Below the pieces are notes generated by a model, which was not told where the DNA came from, searched no databases, and was given only the letters and a program-made list of their open reading frames with translations. Below, one piece after another: positions 27,018 to 41,401 of a stretch of 64,000 nucleotides of DNA. The stretch lies in the NCBI GenBank assembly GCA_951406725.2, contig OX597833.1:2542001-2606000 (forward strand), read 5' to 3'. Source of the stretch: Octopus vulgaris. Lineage: Eukaryota. The position numbers were made by a program, and so were the translations under genes. Each line of letters begins with the position of its first letter. The stretch's first letter is position 1.

Positions 27018-27388
27018 TCACCGTGGCACTCCGTCGGTTGCGACGGCGATCGTTCCAGTTGATTCAATCAACGGAACAGCTTGCTTGTGAAATTAACGTT
27101 TAAGTGGCTGAGTACTCCACAGACATGTGTACCTTTAGTTCTCGGGGTGGGGGGAAGATTCAGTGTGACAAGGCTGGCCCCTTTGAAATATAGGTACAAT
27201 AGAAACAGGAAGAAAGAGGGAGAGAACGTTGTGGTAGAAGACTACAGCAGGGTTCACCACCCTCCACTCTTGCCGGAGCATCGTGGACTTTTTAGGCTCT
27301 ATAAACACTCACAACGCCCGGTCTCGGAATCGATCCGCAATCCTATGACAGCAAGTCCGCTGTCCTAGCCACTGGGCCATTGCGCCTC
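27018..27388 (-). mobile_element. SINE family A copy (diverged)
   Basis: Reverse complement aligns by eye to 6965-7348. Confidence 0.82.
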
Positions 27389-27427
27389 ACATATACACAC
27401 ATGTATGTATGTATGTATGTATGTATG

Positions 27428-27474
<47 letters not shown>

Positions 27475-27527
27475 GTGTGTGTGTATGTATGTATATTACA
27501 TGTATATATTATATTTATATATGTTTG

Positions 27528-27580
<53 letters not shown>

Positions 27581-27601
27581 ATATATATGTGTGTGTGTAT
27601 G

Positions 27602-27640
<39 letters not shown>

Positions 27641-27958
27641 ACATATAAACGCGCATAGCTATTTATAATCGGTAAACTTAAAAAGATATCTTTGTATTTG
27701 CGTGTGTATATCTTTAGATCCATTGTTGAATTCATAAATAAACACATAGCTATGATACAAGCATATACACACATATATTTGCCTAAACACACACACACAC
27801 ACAGAGGAAGATTCGTACCGATCGACTGATATATATTAAAATATAGGGATATATGAATATGTGTGTATATATATATCTATGTATATATGTACGTATCTAT
27901 ATGCACACAGTCTTTCATAATCATTTATCTTCGCATATATGGACACACTTATACATAC

Positions 27959-28116
<158 letters not shown>

Positions 28117-28770
28117 TATACATATGTATATATGCATACACACAAAGATATCTAAATCGAATAACAGAGCTGGACAGAGACATAAAGAAAAGCGAGGAGA
28201 GGAAATCATAAGAACAAGATGGATGCCAGAGTTTGGTTGTGGCAATTACAAACCTTAGTGTCGGTGTGCGTGAGCGCGAGTGTGTGTATGCATGCTTTGA
28301 TGATAATTAGTGTCATATTAATTACAAACTCTGTGTGATGTCCCCGCCTTATATTTAATTATTCATTGAATGGCCGTTTCTGATTCTCTTTTATATCGTA
28401 TCACGTGTTAATGGCTAAAACTTATTTCTGGCTTAATTCTGCCCGCCTGATATGAAGACATGCATACCAAAATCTCTCTCTCTCTCCCTCTCTCTCTCTC
28501 TACATATATATATATGTGTGTATGCGTGTGTGTAGAGAGAGAGAGAGACATACATATGAGAACAGATAATTGCTAGTAGGGATAATGTATTTTCTTTTGC
28601 AACCATATTTTTCTACCAAATTTAGTTTATAATTAAAATAATATGTCTTGCTTTTTGTGTTACCAGTGCGATTCAATCACTTCTACAGAATTTAGGGCTA
28701 CCGCTGAAAGTTGCGAGGTTTTGTATATGAATACATCTATGTAAACAATGAGATCGTCGGTACAAAAATG

Positions 28771-28816
28771 GGTGTATAGACGCATTTCGGGAATTATTGC
28801 TTCTTCGTCAGCACCA
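28771..28816 (-). ncRNA. Decayed hammerhead
   Basis: GGUG-CUGACGA-AGAAG..UUCCC-GAAA-UGCG-UC-UAU. Confidence 0.5.
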
Positions 28817-29043
28817 CTTCAAACCTATTAACTATCCACCAACATAACGCTTTAATAACCTGTAAATATAGCGTTGAAACACAACTGGTTAGACCAATTT
28901 ACATATTGAACACATTTCTGGCAACTGGGACATACATACTACTTGCTGGCAGAACACCGTATTTTGTTTTGCAATCGTATTCTACTACCAAATATATTAA
29001 ACGTCAGTTGCTAGTCTTGCGCTAAAATTTGAAGAATATATAT

Positions 29044-29089
<46 letters not shown>

Positions 29090-29250
29090 TGCCCGGTTAA
29101 CAACTTTGCCAGCTTGGACCTATAGTTAAATATATCGCCTCTAATATTTTACTGGTTCTTTTCTTATTATCGACCAGTGAGGGCACGTGAATTAGAATTC
29201 AGATGAAGTTGGGAGTTCGATTCCTGGCGAGAAAGACACTTCATTTCACA

Positions 29251-29930
29251 TACGATGAAAGTAAACAAAGTTTGTTTTTAAAGCCTTGAGAGTTATTGAA
29301 AGATATAGAAATAATTTTTATTCTCAAACACGTGATAATGCTAATGAATAGTGTGAACAGGATAAATTATCCATACATTGCAGAAAAATACGTTACCGGC
29401 CACCATGAGACACGACCTCACATCCCTGTGATTACGCGTCAAGTGCTTTACCATTAAGCTAAACTGCCCAGTATCAAATTCTTCTGCAATTTTAGAACTA
29501 ACGTTAAATTCAGCTTACGATGAAAGTGAACAAAGTTTGTGTTTTTTAGAAGCGTTGAGATGTATTGAAAGATAGAGAAATAAATATTTTTTTTATTCTC
29601 AAACACGTGATAATGCTAATAAATAGTATGACCAGGGTAAATTATCCATACATTGCAGAAAAATACGTTACCGGCCAACCACGAGACACGACCTCACATC
29701 CCTGTGATTACGCGTCAAGTGCTTTACCATTAAGCTAAACTGTCCAGTAACGAATTCTTCTATAATTTTTGAACTTAGGAATTTAGCTTCATGAGACACT
29801 AACAGTAAACAAACATGGTTGGCCAGTAACGTATTTTTCTGCAATATATGGATAATTTATCTTGTTCATGCTATTTTATTAGCATTATCACGTGTTTCAG
29901 AACAAAAAACTTATTTCTCGTTTTTCCAAT
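29251..29930 (-). repeat. Tandem 265-290-bp units carrying a tRNA-like module (29398-29468, 29673-29745) plus an inverted partial unit
   Basis: Unit starts tacgatgaaag at 29251 and 29516; inverted part from about 29817. Confidence 0.88.
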
Positions 29931-30629
29931 CCATTCGCTGGCAAAACTGAATAGTAATTTTTATTTCAATGGGCCATTCTGGTTACATTTTGTATCATCC
30001 TGAATCTCCGTGAAAACTTCATTAATGGGAACGTGTGTCTGTGGAGTGCTCAGCCATTTGATTGGTACTTCATTTTATCGACCCCTGAAGGATAAAAAAA
30101 CAAAACTGCACGCAACAGGATTTGAACTCACAACACAAAGAAAAGTCTTTGAAATAAATGTATGATGTAGCAACAAGGCCAAACATCGACTGCAGAGAAA
30201 TCAATCATATTGACCACAGTAATAAATCGATACTTTATTTTACCGATCTCAGGAAGATAAAACCACAGTGGTAATTGAACTAGGATCGTAAAGAATCACA
30301 TGAAATAAAATTTCTTCCGTTTTGCAACAAGGCCAAAAATTGATTGCAGAGCAATCGATCATACAGACCACATCAATAAATCGATATATTATCGACTATA
30401 GAATGATAAAACACAAAGTCCACCTCCGCACGATTTGAACGCAGAACACAAAATTTGAAACTAAACATTACACAACAAACTATATCAGCTCCACACTCCA
30501 CCACGATCTCTGCCATTTCAGTCGACTTATATCTATTTACTAACAAATTTTTTTTTTTTCAAAAATGTCGGTGTCTGTTTATAAGATGTTTTGTAAATGT
30601 TATTTCGATATTGTTTTTGTTGTTTGTGG

Positions 30630-31058
30630 TGGGTGACGGTGACGGTGGTGGTGGTGGTAGTGGTGGTGGTGGTGGTGGTGGTGGTGGTGGTGGTGGTGGT
30701 GGTAGTGGTGGTAGTTGGTGGTGGTGGTGGTGGTGGTGGTGGTGGTAGTGGTGGTGGTGGTGGTGGTGGTGGTGGTGGTGGTGGTGGTGGTAGTGGTGGT
30801 AGTTGGTGGTGGTGGTGGTGGTGGTGGTGGTAGTGGTGGTGGTGGTAGTGGTGGTGGTGGTGGTGGTGGTGGTGGTGGTGGTGGTGGTGGTGGTGGTGGT
30901 GGTGGTGGTGGTGGTGGTGGTGGTGGTGGTGGTGGTGGTGGTGGTGGTGGTAGTGGTATGGTGGTGGTGGTGGTGGTGGTGGTGACGGTGGTGGTGGTGG
31001 TGGTGGTGACGGTGGTGGTGGTGGTGGTGGTGGTGGTGGTGGTGGTGGTGGTGGTGGT
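30630..31058. repeat. (GGT)n microsatellite; others at 421-870, 50590-51047 and 60493-60560
   Basis: Direct reading. Confidence 0.97.
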
Positions 31059-31223
31059 ATTGATGAGTTCTTTATGTGTATGTCTATGTTGAACATCGGC
31101 GGACGTGTGTGTGTGTGTGTATGTTTGCATTTGTTCGTGTTGCGCTATGTATGTGTGCGTGTATATATGTACATATGTGTGTATACATTTACATATATGT
31201 ATATACGTATATTTACATATACA

Positions 31224-31265
<42 letters not shown>

Positions 31266-31668
31266 TTGTGTATGTATATAAACATATTTACACACACACA
31301 TATATGTATATATGTATGTATTATATGTATATAAAAATTTATAAATGTATGTATATGAATATATGTATTTATATACATACACACATATATACATATATAT
31401 AAATAGGTATACACATATAACTATATATATATATGTGTGTGTGTGTGTATGTGTGTTTCATATATGTACATACGTTTATAAATGTATATACATACGGATA
31501 TATCTATATGAATATCTGTATGTATATCTCTATAAATGTGTGTGTGCGTGTATATGTTTATGTATATATATATACACACATATATATATGTGCAAATATA
31601 CTTTATGTATGTATATCTAAATATTTATATATTTAAATACATTTAATATATATATGTATATATATAAG

Positions 31669-31812
<144 letters not shown>

Positions 31813-31837
31813 GTATATGTATATGTATATATATATG

Positions 31838-31912
<75 letters not shown>

Positions 31913-32049
31913 TATACGTATGAATTTGTGTGTGTGTGTTTGTGTGCGCGCATGAGTCCGTGTGTGTGTATAAAACGAGAATACAACGTGTGGGTGGTAC
32001 TGTAAATAAAATATTCTATGTCGTACTAGTATCAAAATAATGTGATATC

Positions 32050-32087
<38 letters not shown>

Positions 32088-32456
32088 GCAGCAGCAGCAA
32101 CAGCCACAACAAAAGCACAAACAACAAGCTTCGTATGTTTTGTGTATAGAGATTAAAGGGTGGTTGACGGGTAGATATTTCTTACTCTTTGTGGTGCTTT
32201 GTTGTTTTTTTTTGTTTCTCTTTCTTCCTTTTCTTTCCGTTCGGTCTATCAATATCAAGAGACTGAAGGGGTAAGGGCGGGGAGGGGGGTGGAGAGAGCC
32301 CGGAAGGGGGGGGGGGGCGAAGGGGGAAATATTCGGAATTTTTGCACCGAAGCCAGCTGAACAAAGTACTATTTTTATATGGAGAACATACTAAATATAA
32401 ATCTAGTTTTATACATACACACAGACAGAGGTACATATATACATATATATATATAA

Positions 32457-32525
<69 letters not shown>

Positions 32526-32541
32526 GTGTGTGTGTGTGTGT

Positions 32542-32595
<54 letters not shown>

Positions 32596-32750
32596 TATGT
32601 ATATATATATATGTATATATATATATGATAAATATCAAAGTGAGTATACGATGTATATATATATATATATATATATACATATGTATACATATATATCCAT
32701 TCATCCATACATCCATACATACATACATGCATAAATTACATATACATACC

Positions 32751-32786
<36 letters not shown>

Positions 32787-33302
32787 TACGTATATCCATA
32801 AATATACATATACATATATACGTATTTAGAAGCAGACGATCATTTAATATATCTACACATTTGATAGACGCATACGTAAGAATACACGCGTGTATATATG
32901 TATGTATGTATATGTATATGTATATACAAATGTGTTTGTGATTGAGTATTATGGTGTATATATGTAGATATAAATTAATGTGCTTCCGTATGTGTGTACG
33001 TGGATGTGCCGCCGGCGCTTGTATCCGTATGTGTATGTGCGTATGTACAATTACCGTGTTCCTGTATTATATTTGTCCAAACAGAATTTATTCTGCTATT
33101 ACGAAATATTTGAATATTCGTCATTCGGTTTGTCTCTCGCTCTCTTTCTCTTTCTCTCTCGATGGACACTGTATCTCTCTTTCACTCTCTGTCTCTTTCT
33201 CTTTTTTTATCTCTCTCTTTCTGTGTGTGTCTCTCTCTGAAATGGTGATCTGATATCGCTTAACACACATACACACACACATACTTATACTAACACACAC
33301 GA

Positions 33303-33382
<80 letters not shown>

Positions 33383-34266
33383 ATGTCTATATATAAATAC
33401 ATATAAAAATATATATTCAGTTTCTTCAATTTTCTCATCTTCATCTATTGCTTATACGAAACACACATTAAGAGGCGTAAACTAGAAGCAACCATCAAAC
33501 ACTGAATAAAATTGAACAAGAAATAATAAAACAATAATGTAATACAAAAATTACGTAAATTACGAAATTTTTCGAGTGGTTTTCGTATTTCTTTTTCTTT
33601 TCTTTTTTTGCCATTGATTGGCAAGAAAGCAAACAATGTATAAAATCACAAAATATACATAAAATATTTTCTTGCATAAATTTCAAGGGAGTTAAAATGG
33701 CGATGGTGTTTAAATGTCAACTATTAATATATCGTCTGCTTTTCTTTCAATATCTTCTTCTTCGCCTCTCTCTCTCTTTTTCTCGCATTATTATCTAGAT
33801 TTTTCTTGTATTTCGGGATGGTCATTTTGGCTTTTGCAAATAATCACACGCAATATATATTTTTTATTCTTTCGTTTATCTCTGTTCTTATTTTATCATT
33901 TTAACTCATATCACGCCAGGCGAAATGCTTAGCAGTATTTCGTCTGTCTTTACGTTCTGAGTTCAAATTCTACCAAGATCGACTTTGCCTTTCATTCTTT
34001 CGGGGTTGATAAATTAAGTACCAGTTGCATACTGGGGTCGAATTAATCGACTGGCCCCCACCCTAAAAATTTCGGGCCTTGAACCTAGAGTAGAGAAGAT
34101 TATTTTAACTTATGTCCATTGACCGGAAAACTTTTGTCACGCATCTCTGAGCTCTTCAGTAACACTTTTCGTTTTCGTGTTTGTTCTGCTTCCACATTCT
34201 GTTCTGATTTTCGTTTGCGTTTATTTTTCGTGGACTAGTTACATATACATATATATATATATATAA

Positions 34267-34665
34267 CTTACGATGAAATTAAACAGACAAAGTTTGTTTT
34301 AGAAGCGTTGAGATGTATTGAAAGATACAGAAATACATTTTTAAAATTTTCAAACGTGTGGTAATGCTAATAAAATAGCATGAACAGGATAAATTATCCA
34401 TATATTGCAGAAAAAATACGTTACCGGCCACCATGAGACTCGAACTCACAATGTTTGTTTTAGAACCGTTTGTTTACTTTCACCGTAAGTTGAATTTAAC
34501 GTTAGCGTCTTATGAAGCTGAAATTATAAGTTCTAAAATTGCAGAACAATTCGTTACTGGGAAGTTTAGCTTAATGGTAAAGCACTGTGACGCGTAATCA
34601 CAGGGATGTGAGTTCGAGTCTCATGGCTTTATCACGCGTTTGAGAATTAAAAAATTATTTCTGTG
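34267..34665. repeat. Same tRNA-bearing family in an inverted arrangement between (TA)n tracts
   Basis: 34267-34450 matches the 29251 unit; 34468-34660 is the opposite strand. Confidence 0.85.
34560..34627 (+). pseudogene. tRNA-like module (Thr-CGU-like), probably not a translational tRNA
   Basis: D arm GCUU-AAUGGUA-AAGC, anticodon arm UGUGA-CGCGUAA-UCACA (G33 instead of U33), T arm GUGAG-UUCGAGU-CUCAU; acceptor stem weak or truncated. Confidence 0.7.
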
Positions 34666-34671
34666 TGTATG

Positions 34672-34722
<51 letters not shown>

Positions 34723-35041
34723 TACACATATATATATAGGCGAGGGTGTGTGGTAAGCACATGGTTCCGCGCACATGTATTTATATATATATATATATGT
34801 ATATATATACACATACATATATATATATATTTCTTTACTACCCACAAGGGGCTAAACATAGAGGGGACAAACAATCGACCCAGTGCGAAACTGGTACTTT
34901 ATTTATCGACCCCGAGAGGATGAAAAGCAAAGTCGACCTCGGTGGAATTTGAACTCAGAACGTAACGACAGACGAAATACCGCTAAGCATTTCGCCCGGC
35001 GCGCTAACGTTTCTGCCAGCTCGCCACCTTACTTCAATACA

Positions 35042-35134
<93 letters not shown>

Positions 35135-35230
35135 TCAATATAGGGTGGCAAAAAATTTCGCAGAATTTTTTTGCCACCAGCGGCCTAGTGGGAAAAAATT
35201 AAATAGTCATAGACCATTTATAAATTCAAC

Positions 35231-35584
35231 AGCAAAATCAAGGAACGGCCATAATAGGCCATTCACCCACTAGAAATAACAGCCAAGGCTTCAACCGCAA
35301 AACAACATTAATTCCGTAAACCAGGAGAAAATTAAAAAAACATTTACCCTGTAATTCTTTATACGATGCACCGTTTCTTCTATTGTTTAATGGTAAACTA
35401 ACCTGATTAAATTAAATCAAGACTAGCTTGATTTAATTTAATCAGGTTAGTTATAAAGAATTACAGGGTAAATGTTTTTTTAATTTTCTCCTGGTTTACG
35501 GAATTAATGTTGTTTTGCGGTTGAAGCCTTGGCTGTTATTTCTAGTGGGTGAATGGCCTATTATGGCCGTTCCTTGATTTTGCT
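35231..35584. repeat. Perfect foldback: 133-bp outer arms and 26-bp inner arms
   Basis: 35231-35363 is the reverse complement of 35452-35584; 35396-35421 of 35427-35452; the right end abuts (TA)n. Confidence 0.93.
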
Positions 35585-36304
35585 ATATATATATATATAT
35601 AAATATATCGTTCTTACTTCTCCTGTCGTACAATCGTTGTTTCATCGCTTTTTTTTGTATTCGTTTTCTTTCCTTCTTTTTCCTTATACATTCTTTTATT
35701 TTCCTTTCCTTTTCATAACCGTCATCTTTTTATTCTCATTAACTACTTGTCCACCATTCCATTCAGCGATTTTCTTTTCTTTTATTTGTGATTCTTTGGG
35801 GGGGGGGTTACTTTTCTCCTTGCTCTTTCGTTTCGTTTTATTTTTATTATTTCCCTTTCGTTCTGATAAAAAGACTGACTGATATGTTATATAAAAAAAA
35901 GAAAACGCTGAAATGATGGCGACTGTGTATAAATCTGAATATGAAACGTTAATAAACCATTTGTTTTCACTGAATTTTCCCCTTTATTTTCCTGATATTT
36001 TATTTCGACAGTGAATATCTTTCTAACTTTATTCAGAATATGCTTTTTCGATTTTTCTTTTATCGTTACGTTTCCTATGTTACCGTGGGCCTTGCCTTTA
36101 ATAATTTTTTCCTTGCATATATTATCAACTTTTCTCGTGGAATTCACTGACTGTTCGTCTTCCTATCGACTACATACTTTCCTTATTTTTTTTTTTATTT
36201 TCTTTACAATTCTTTTATGAAGACAAAAAGAAATCTTAAGACAAAAAAAAATAATAAAATAATAAAGTAATCATATGACGAATTATGTGTAAAGATGTGT
36301 TTGA

Positions 36305-36535
36305 GGCGGCGAGCTGGCAGAAACGTTAGCACGCCGGGCGAAATGCGTAGCCGTATTTCGTCTGTCGTTACGTTCTGAGTTCAAATTCCGCCGAGGTCGA
36401 CTTTGCCTTTCATCCTTTCGGGGTCGATAAATTAAGTACCAGTTACGCACTGGGGTCGATGTAATCGACTTAATACCTATGTCTGTCCTTGTTTATCTCA
36501 TCTGTCTTTAGTCCCTTGTGGGTAATAAAGAAATA
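36305..36535 (+). mobile_element. SINE family C copy
   Basis: Best-preserved copy. Others near 33913-34100 (+), 34829-35028 (-), 36730-36935 (-), 37603-37831 (+), 53326-53546 (-) and 60628-60854 (+). Confidence 0.88.
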
Positions 36536-39500
36536 GGTAGACTGGCTGAAACGTTGGAACGTCAGACAAAATATCTTCTGATTGTTATTCCGTCTCATTA
36601 CGTTCCGAATTCAAATCATGGCGTGGTCAAATTTGCTTTTAATTCTTACATCATCGATTAAAATAGTACCAGTCATGTGCGTGGATCGATGTAAACTACT
36701 GTTCTGCTCTGCTCTGCCATCGTTGTTTCAAATTTTAGCACGTGGTCAGCCATTTTTTGAAAGGGCTGTAAGTCGATTACATCAACCCCTGTGCGCCACA
36801 AATGCTTAGTTTATCGAACCTGGAAGGATGAAAGGTATACGTGACCTCGGCGGAATTTGAACTAGGAACGTGAAGACGAGTAAAATGCCGCTAGGCATTA
36901 TTGCCCGGCGTTTTAACGGTTCTGCCAATCCACCGCTGCCGCCGCCCTCCCACTGTGCGTAAATTAGAAACAAATTTATTTTAAGGCAATCGTTCGGTTG
37001 AATGGGAAAAAGCGCGTGACCTAGCGATTAGGATGTTGCACTCACGACCGGAAGACCGTGGTTTCGATTCCCAGACCGGGTGATGTGTTCCGTTCTTGAG
37101 TAAAACCCTTCATCTCACGTAGCCACAGTCACTCAGTCGTGAACGAGTAACCCTTGACAGACCGGCGTTCAATTCGGGACGGTGGACGGTGATTGATCTC
37201 GGTCAATTCTACATCATGAAAGTCGAGTCACCGTCCCGATGAGTCTTAAATCTCGAGACAGTCATTTACTTTACTTGTTTAATTCACTCTTGTTCGTCTT
37301 CCTATAAATTTCTCAGTATTCTTAATTTTTCTCGCTTTTCTTTACAACTGATTTTTTTTTCTTCCTTTCTGAAAAAAATAAAAGAATCATTTAACCCTTC
37401 GTTAGTGACATGGGGTGTCATCCTCTAATGTAACAACCACGTCAGCATGAATGACCTTGAGGCCGGGACCATTTTTCTGAAGATACTTGATAGCACAACA
37501 TAAAGTCCATTTTCAAAAGAAGTCGATATTAGTTACTTTTGAAGTCTTCTTTGAACAGTCAGATGTCGCCTTTATCTGGAAAGAAACAATGCTGTTACTA
37601 TATGGCGAGCTGACAGAAACGTTAGCACGCCGGGCGAAATGCTCAGCGGTATTTCGTCTGCCGTTACGTTGTGAGTTCAAATTCCTCCGAGGTCGACTTT
37701 GCCTTTCATCCTTTCGGGGTCGATTAAATAAGTACCAGTTACGCACTGGGGTCAATATAGTCGACTTAATCCGTTTGTCTGTCCTTGTTCGTCCCTTCTG
37801 TGTTTAGCCCCTTGTGGGTAGTAAAGAAATAAGTAGCTTGTTTACCAACCACATGGTTCCGGGTTCAGTCTCACTGCACGGCACCTTGGGCAAGCGTCTT
37901 CTACTATAGCCTCGGGCCGACTAAAGCCTTGTGAGTGGATTTGGTAGGCGGAAACTAAAAAAAGACCGTCGTATATGTGTGTGTGAGTGCACGCGCGTGT
38001 GAGTGTGTTTATGTGTGTGTGCCTGTGTTTATAACCCCACCTTCGCTTGACAACCGATGCTGGTGAGTTTATGTCATCATAACGTAGCGGTTCGGCAAAA
38101 ATGACCGATAGAACAAGTACTAGGCCTATAAGGAATAAATCCCGTGGTCGATTTTTTCGACTAAAACTTTTTAAGGTGGTGCTCCAGCATGGCCGCAGTC
38201 AAATTGACTGAAACATGTAAAAGAATAAAAGAATAATTGAACACTGGAGCCAAATAATTGATTTTGCCTTCCTCTCAGAATTATTGGTCTTTCACCAAAA
38301 TTAAAATCGTCGATTTTCTCCATCCTTGGAAATACTCTTTCTACCATTTATCAAAAGCAATAGAGAGTGAAAATCGTTAAAGAACCAATCAAAATTACTT
38401 ACGCTGACAAGTTATGGCTTCTTCCTTTCTGATTCCAAACCCCGCCGAAATCAAAAGTTGCCTTCCTTCCTTCCGGGATTTAAAAATTAAAAAAAAATAA
38501 AAATAAAAATAAGCAAAAGTATAATTCAAATTCTTGAATCGATGCAGGCCTTCTGTCCATTCTCCTCCACCGTCAAACCTTCTCCTCCACCGTCAAACCT
38601 TCTCCTCCGCCCCACGGCACAATTTTCTGGTCAGGTACCTAATTTAGAAACATTTATTCATAATAATGATTTTAATATTTATAATTTCGTTTAATTTCTT
38701 TCAATTTTTATCTTTCATTTCCGGCTATAATTTTTCCCTGACCTATATCTTGATTCCAAGCTTTGATTCCCATTTTTGTCTGCAATTGTTCCTTCCTGAT
38801 TTCCATTTTTGTCTGCAATGGTTCCTTCCTGATTTTGTTGTTTAGCGTTCTCAAATTTTTTAGTCAATTTTTTTTTTTTGTTCGATCTTTTCTCTTTTTT
38901 TCTTTCGTATATTTTGTCCGATCTTTTTTTCTTTCCGATTTTCTTTTTGTCCAATCTTTTTTCTTTTCTTTTCCTTTTTCTTTTCTTTTCCTTTTTCTTT
39001 TCTTTTCCTTTTTCTTCTTGGTTTCATTCTTTAAGTTCTTAACTTAAGTTTCTTTGGCAAAAAAATATGAAATATTCGATTTTTGTTTTAAAAATAAAGA
39101 AAGCCAAAATGGCGGCTGTATGTTCATATGGAATATTGATGTATCGTCTGGTTCCTTTCAGTTCAGTTGTTTGCCTGTAACATTTTTATTCATTTATTTA
39201 TTTACATATTTTGTTTATTGGTATTTTGAGCTTTTCCTCTAGACACATTTTTAATGTCGATGGAGGTGTATGTGTGAGGTTGGGTTGGGTTGGGTTGCTT
39301 TGGGTCTAGTTGCGGTGTGGAGGGGGACGTGTGTGGGGCTTTGGTCAGTTTTTTTTTTTGGGGGGGAAACAATATTCAGCCCTCAAAACTTGTCATAATG
39401 ACTACATCCTTTGTGTTCTGTAAAACTGATTTGAAGGAGGAGGAGGAGGGGTGACGTGGGAAAAAGAGGGGTGAGGTGGGGGATGGGAAGAGGTGGAAAG

Positions 39501-40973
39501 AAGGAAAGAGAAGAGGAAGAGGGACAAGAGGAGGAGGGAGAGGTGGAAGACGGAGAGGAGGAGGAGGGAGAAGAAGAGGAAGGGGAAGAGAAGGAGGAAG
39601 AGGAAGTGAAGGAAGGGAAAGAGGAGGAAGGGGAAGTGGAGGAAGGGAAAGAGGAGGAAGTGGATGAGGGAAAGAGGAGGAAGAGGATGAGGGAAAGAGG
39701 AGGAAGAGGATGACGGAAAGAGGAGGAAGGGGATGAGGGAAAGAGGAAGAGAAAGAGGAGGAGGAAGGATAAGAGGAGAAGGAAGGGGAAGAGGAGGAAG
39801 AGGAAAGGAAGCTGAGAAGTGATGACAGCGACAACGAAGGATGATGTTACTGCTGCTGCTTACTACTGATGATGACGACGATCGATGCTGCTACTACTGC
39901 TACTACTGCTACCATTTATAATGCTGCTGCTCTAATACTAATGGCGATGACCACCACGACGAGGAGCACAATGGGAAAGAAAGACAGCTGTCACTGCAGT
40001 ATAATACCAATGTGAAACGGAGGGTTCGTTTAGTCTAATTTGATGAAAAATGAAGACAAAAAGAAAAGATGGCGGCAGCAGTGGCGGAAATGAGGAGGCG
40101 ATGAAGAAGAGGTTGTTGCTGCTTGTGGTGTTGGTGGTGGTGTTGGTGGTGGTGGTATTGGTGGTGGTGGTGGTGGTCTTGGTGGTGGTCTTGGTCGCGG
40201 TAAAACAAAACAGAAAACATCAAGAGAAAAAAATCGAAAGAAAATCATAAGACAAATTTTTTTAAATGACGGACGGAAACTGGAAGATGGCAGACGATAG
40301 AAGCAAATGACAAAGGAAGTCAGAAGACAAGAAAAAGACTGAAGGAAACGAAATCAGCTAAAATAAACTTAAAAACAAAAATAATATTGAAAATGCACAA
40401 AAAAAACAAAAAACAGGACAAATGTCGTAAAAAGAATAAAGACACCTAAATTAATAAAAAAATTTTTTTCTAAAACGGCATCAAATTGATTTTAAATTGT
40501 TTGTTAATGAAAAAATCGATATTGACAAAGATAGATTTTTTGTATGTATTCTGTAGTTGTTTTTTGTTTTTGTATGATGCTGTCTGTTTTTGGTGGAGAT
40601 GCTGTTGGGTTAGCTGTGATGGTTGTGTGGTGGAAGTGGTGATGCTCATGGGGTTGGTGTTGTTGACGGCAGGGGATCCTAGTAGTGTTGGCGGTGATGG
40701 TCCTGTTTGGTGTTAGTTGTGGTTGTGATGGTAGTTGCGCTTGGCGGGTTCGGCTTTCTTTCTATGTCTTGGCTCACATCAAGTGAAAATATTTGGAGAA
40801 TTTTTTTTCTATAAACAAAAGCACTCATATTCTTTTCTACTCTAGGCACGAGGACCGAAATTTTGGGGAAGGGGACCAGTCGATTAGATCGACCACAGAG
40901 ATGTAAATAAACCATCACTGCTTGTCAAGCGGTGTTAGGGGACAAGCACAGACACAAAGGCAGACACACACAC

Positions 40974-41052
<79 letters not shown>

Positions 41053-41055
41053 TAA

Positions 41056-41111
<56 letters not shown>

Positions 41112-41147
41112 GTAGATAGGTAGGTAGGTAGCTAGCTAGCTAGCTAG

Positions 41148-41195
<48 letters not shown>

Positions 41196-41200
41196 GTAAG

Positions 41201-41273
<73 letters not shown>

Positions 41274-41364
41274 TGTAAGAATTTACAAAAGAAAACAAAA
41301 GATGAAGACGGGTGTGTAAACTACAAACAGATGTATTAGTTTAACGTTTGGGAAGTGAGAAAGT

Positions 41365-41401
41365 CTTTTTATGTTTCGAGCCTACGCTCTTCAACAGAAA
41401 G
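41365..41401 (-). ncRNA. Minimal hammerhead-like motif with A6U core
   Basis: CUUU-CUGUUGA-A-GAGC(GUAG)GCUC-GAAA-CA-UA-AAAAG. Confidence 0.62.

Noticed and set aside
29251-29800. CRISPR-like array or true tRNA gene cluster
   Set aside because: No unique spacers or cas genes in this eukaryotic context; the tRNA-like modules have poor acceptor stems and G33.
34115-34165. Very decayed minus-strand hammerhead-like string (similar weak cases at 24643-24688 and 19565-19600)
   Set aside because: Three or more core or stem defects; not supportable alone.
38551-38835. Short tandem duplications (20-bp and 33-bp units)
   Set aside because: Ordinary slippage products.
40069-40104. ATGGCGGCAGCA as the start of a nested gene
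   Set aside because: Stop after 11 codons and no splice donor.
41190-41203. AG|GTAAGT as a recursive splice site
   Set aside because: Embedded in a purine-rich (AGAC/ATAG)n tract with no polypyrimidine tract.
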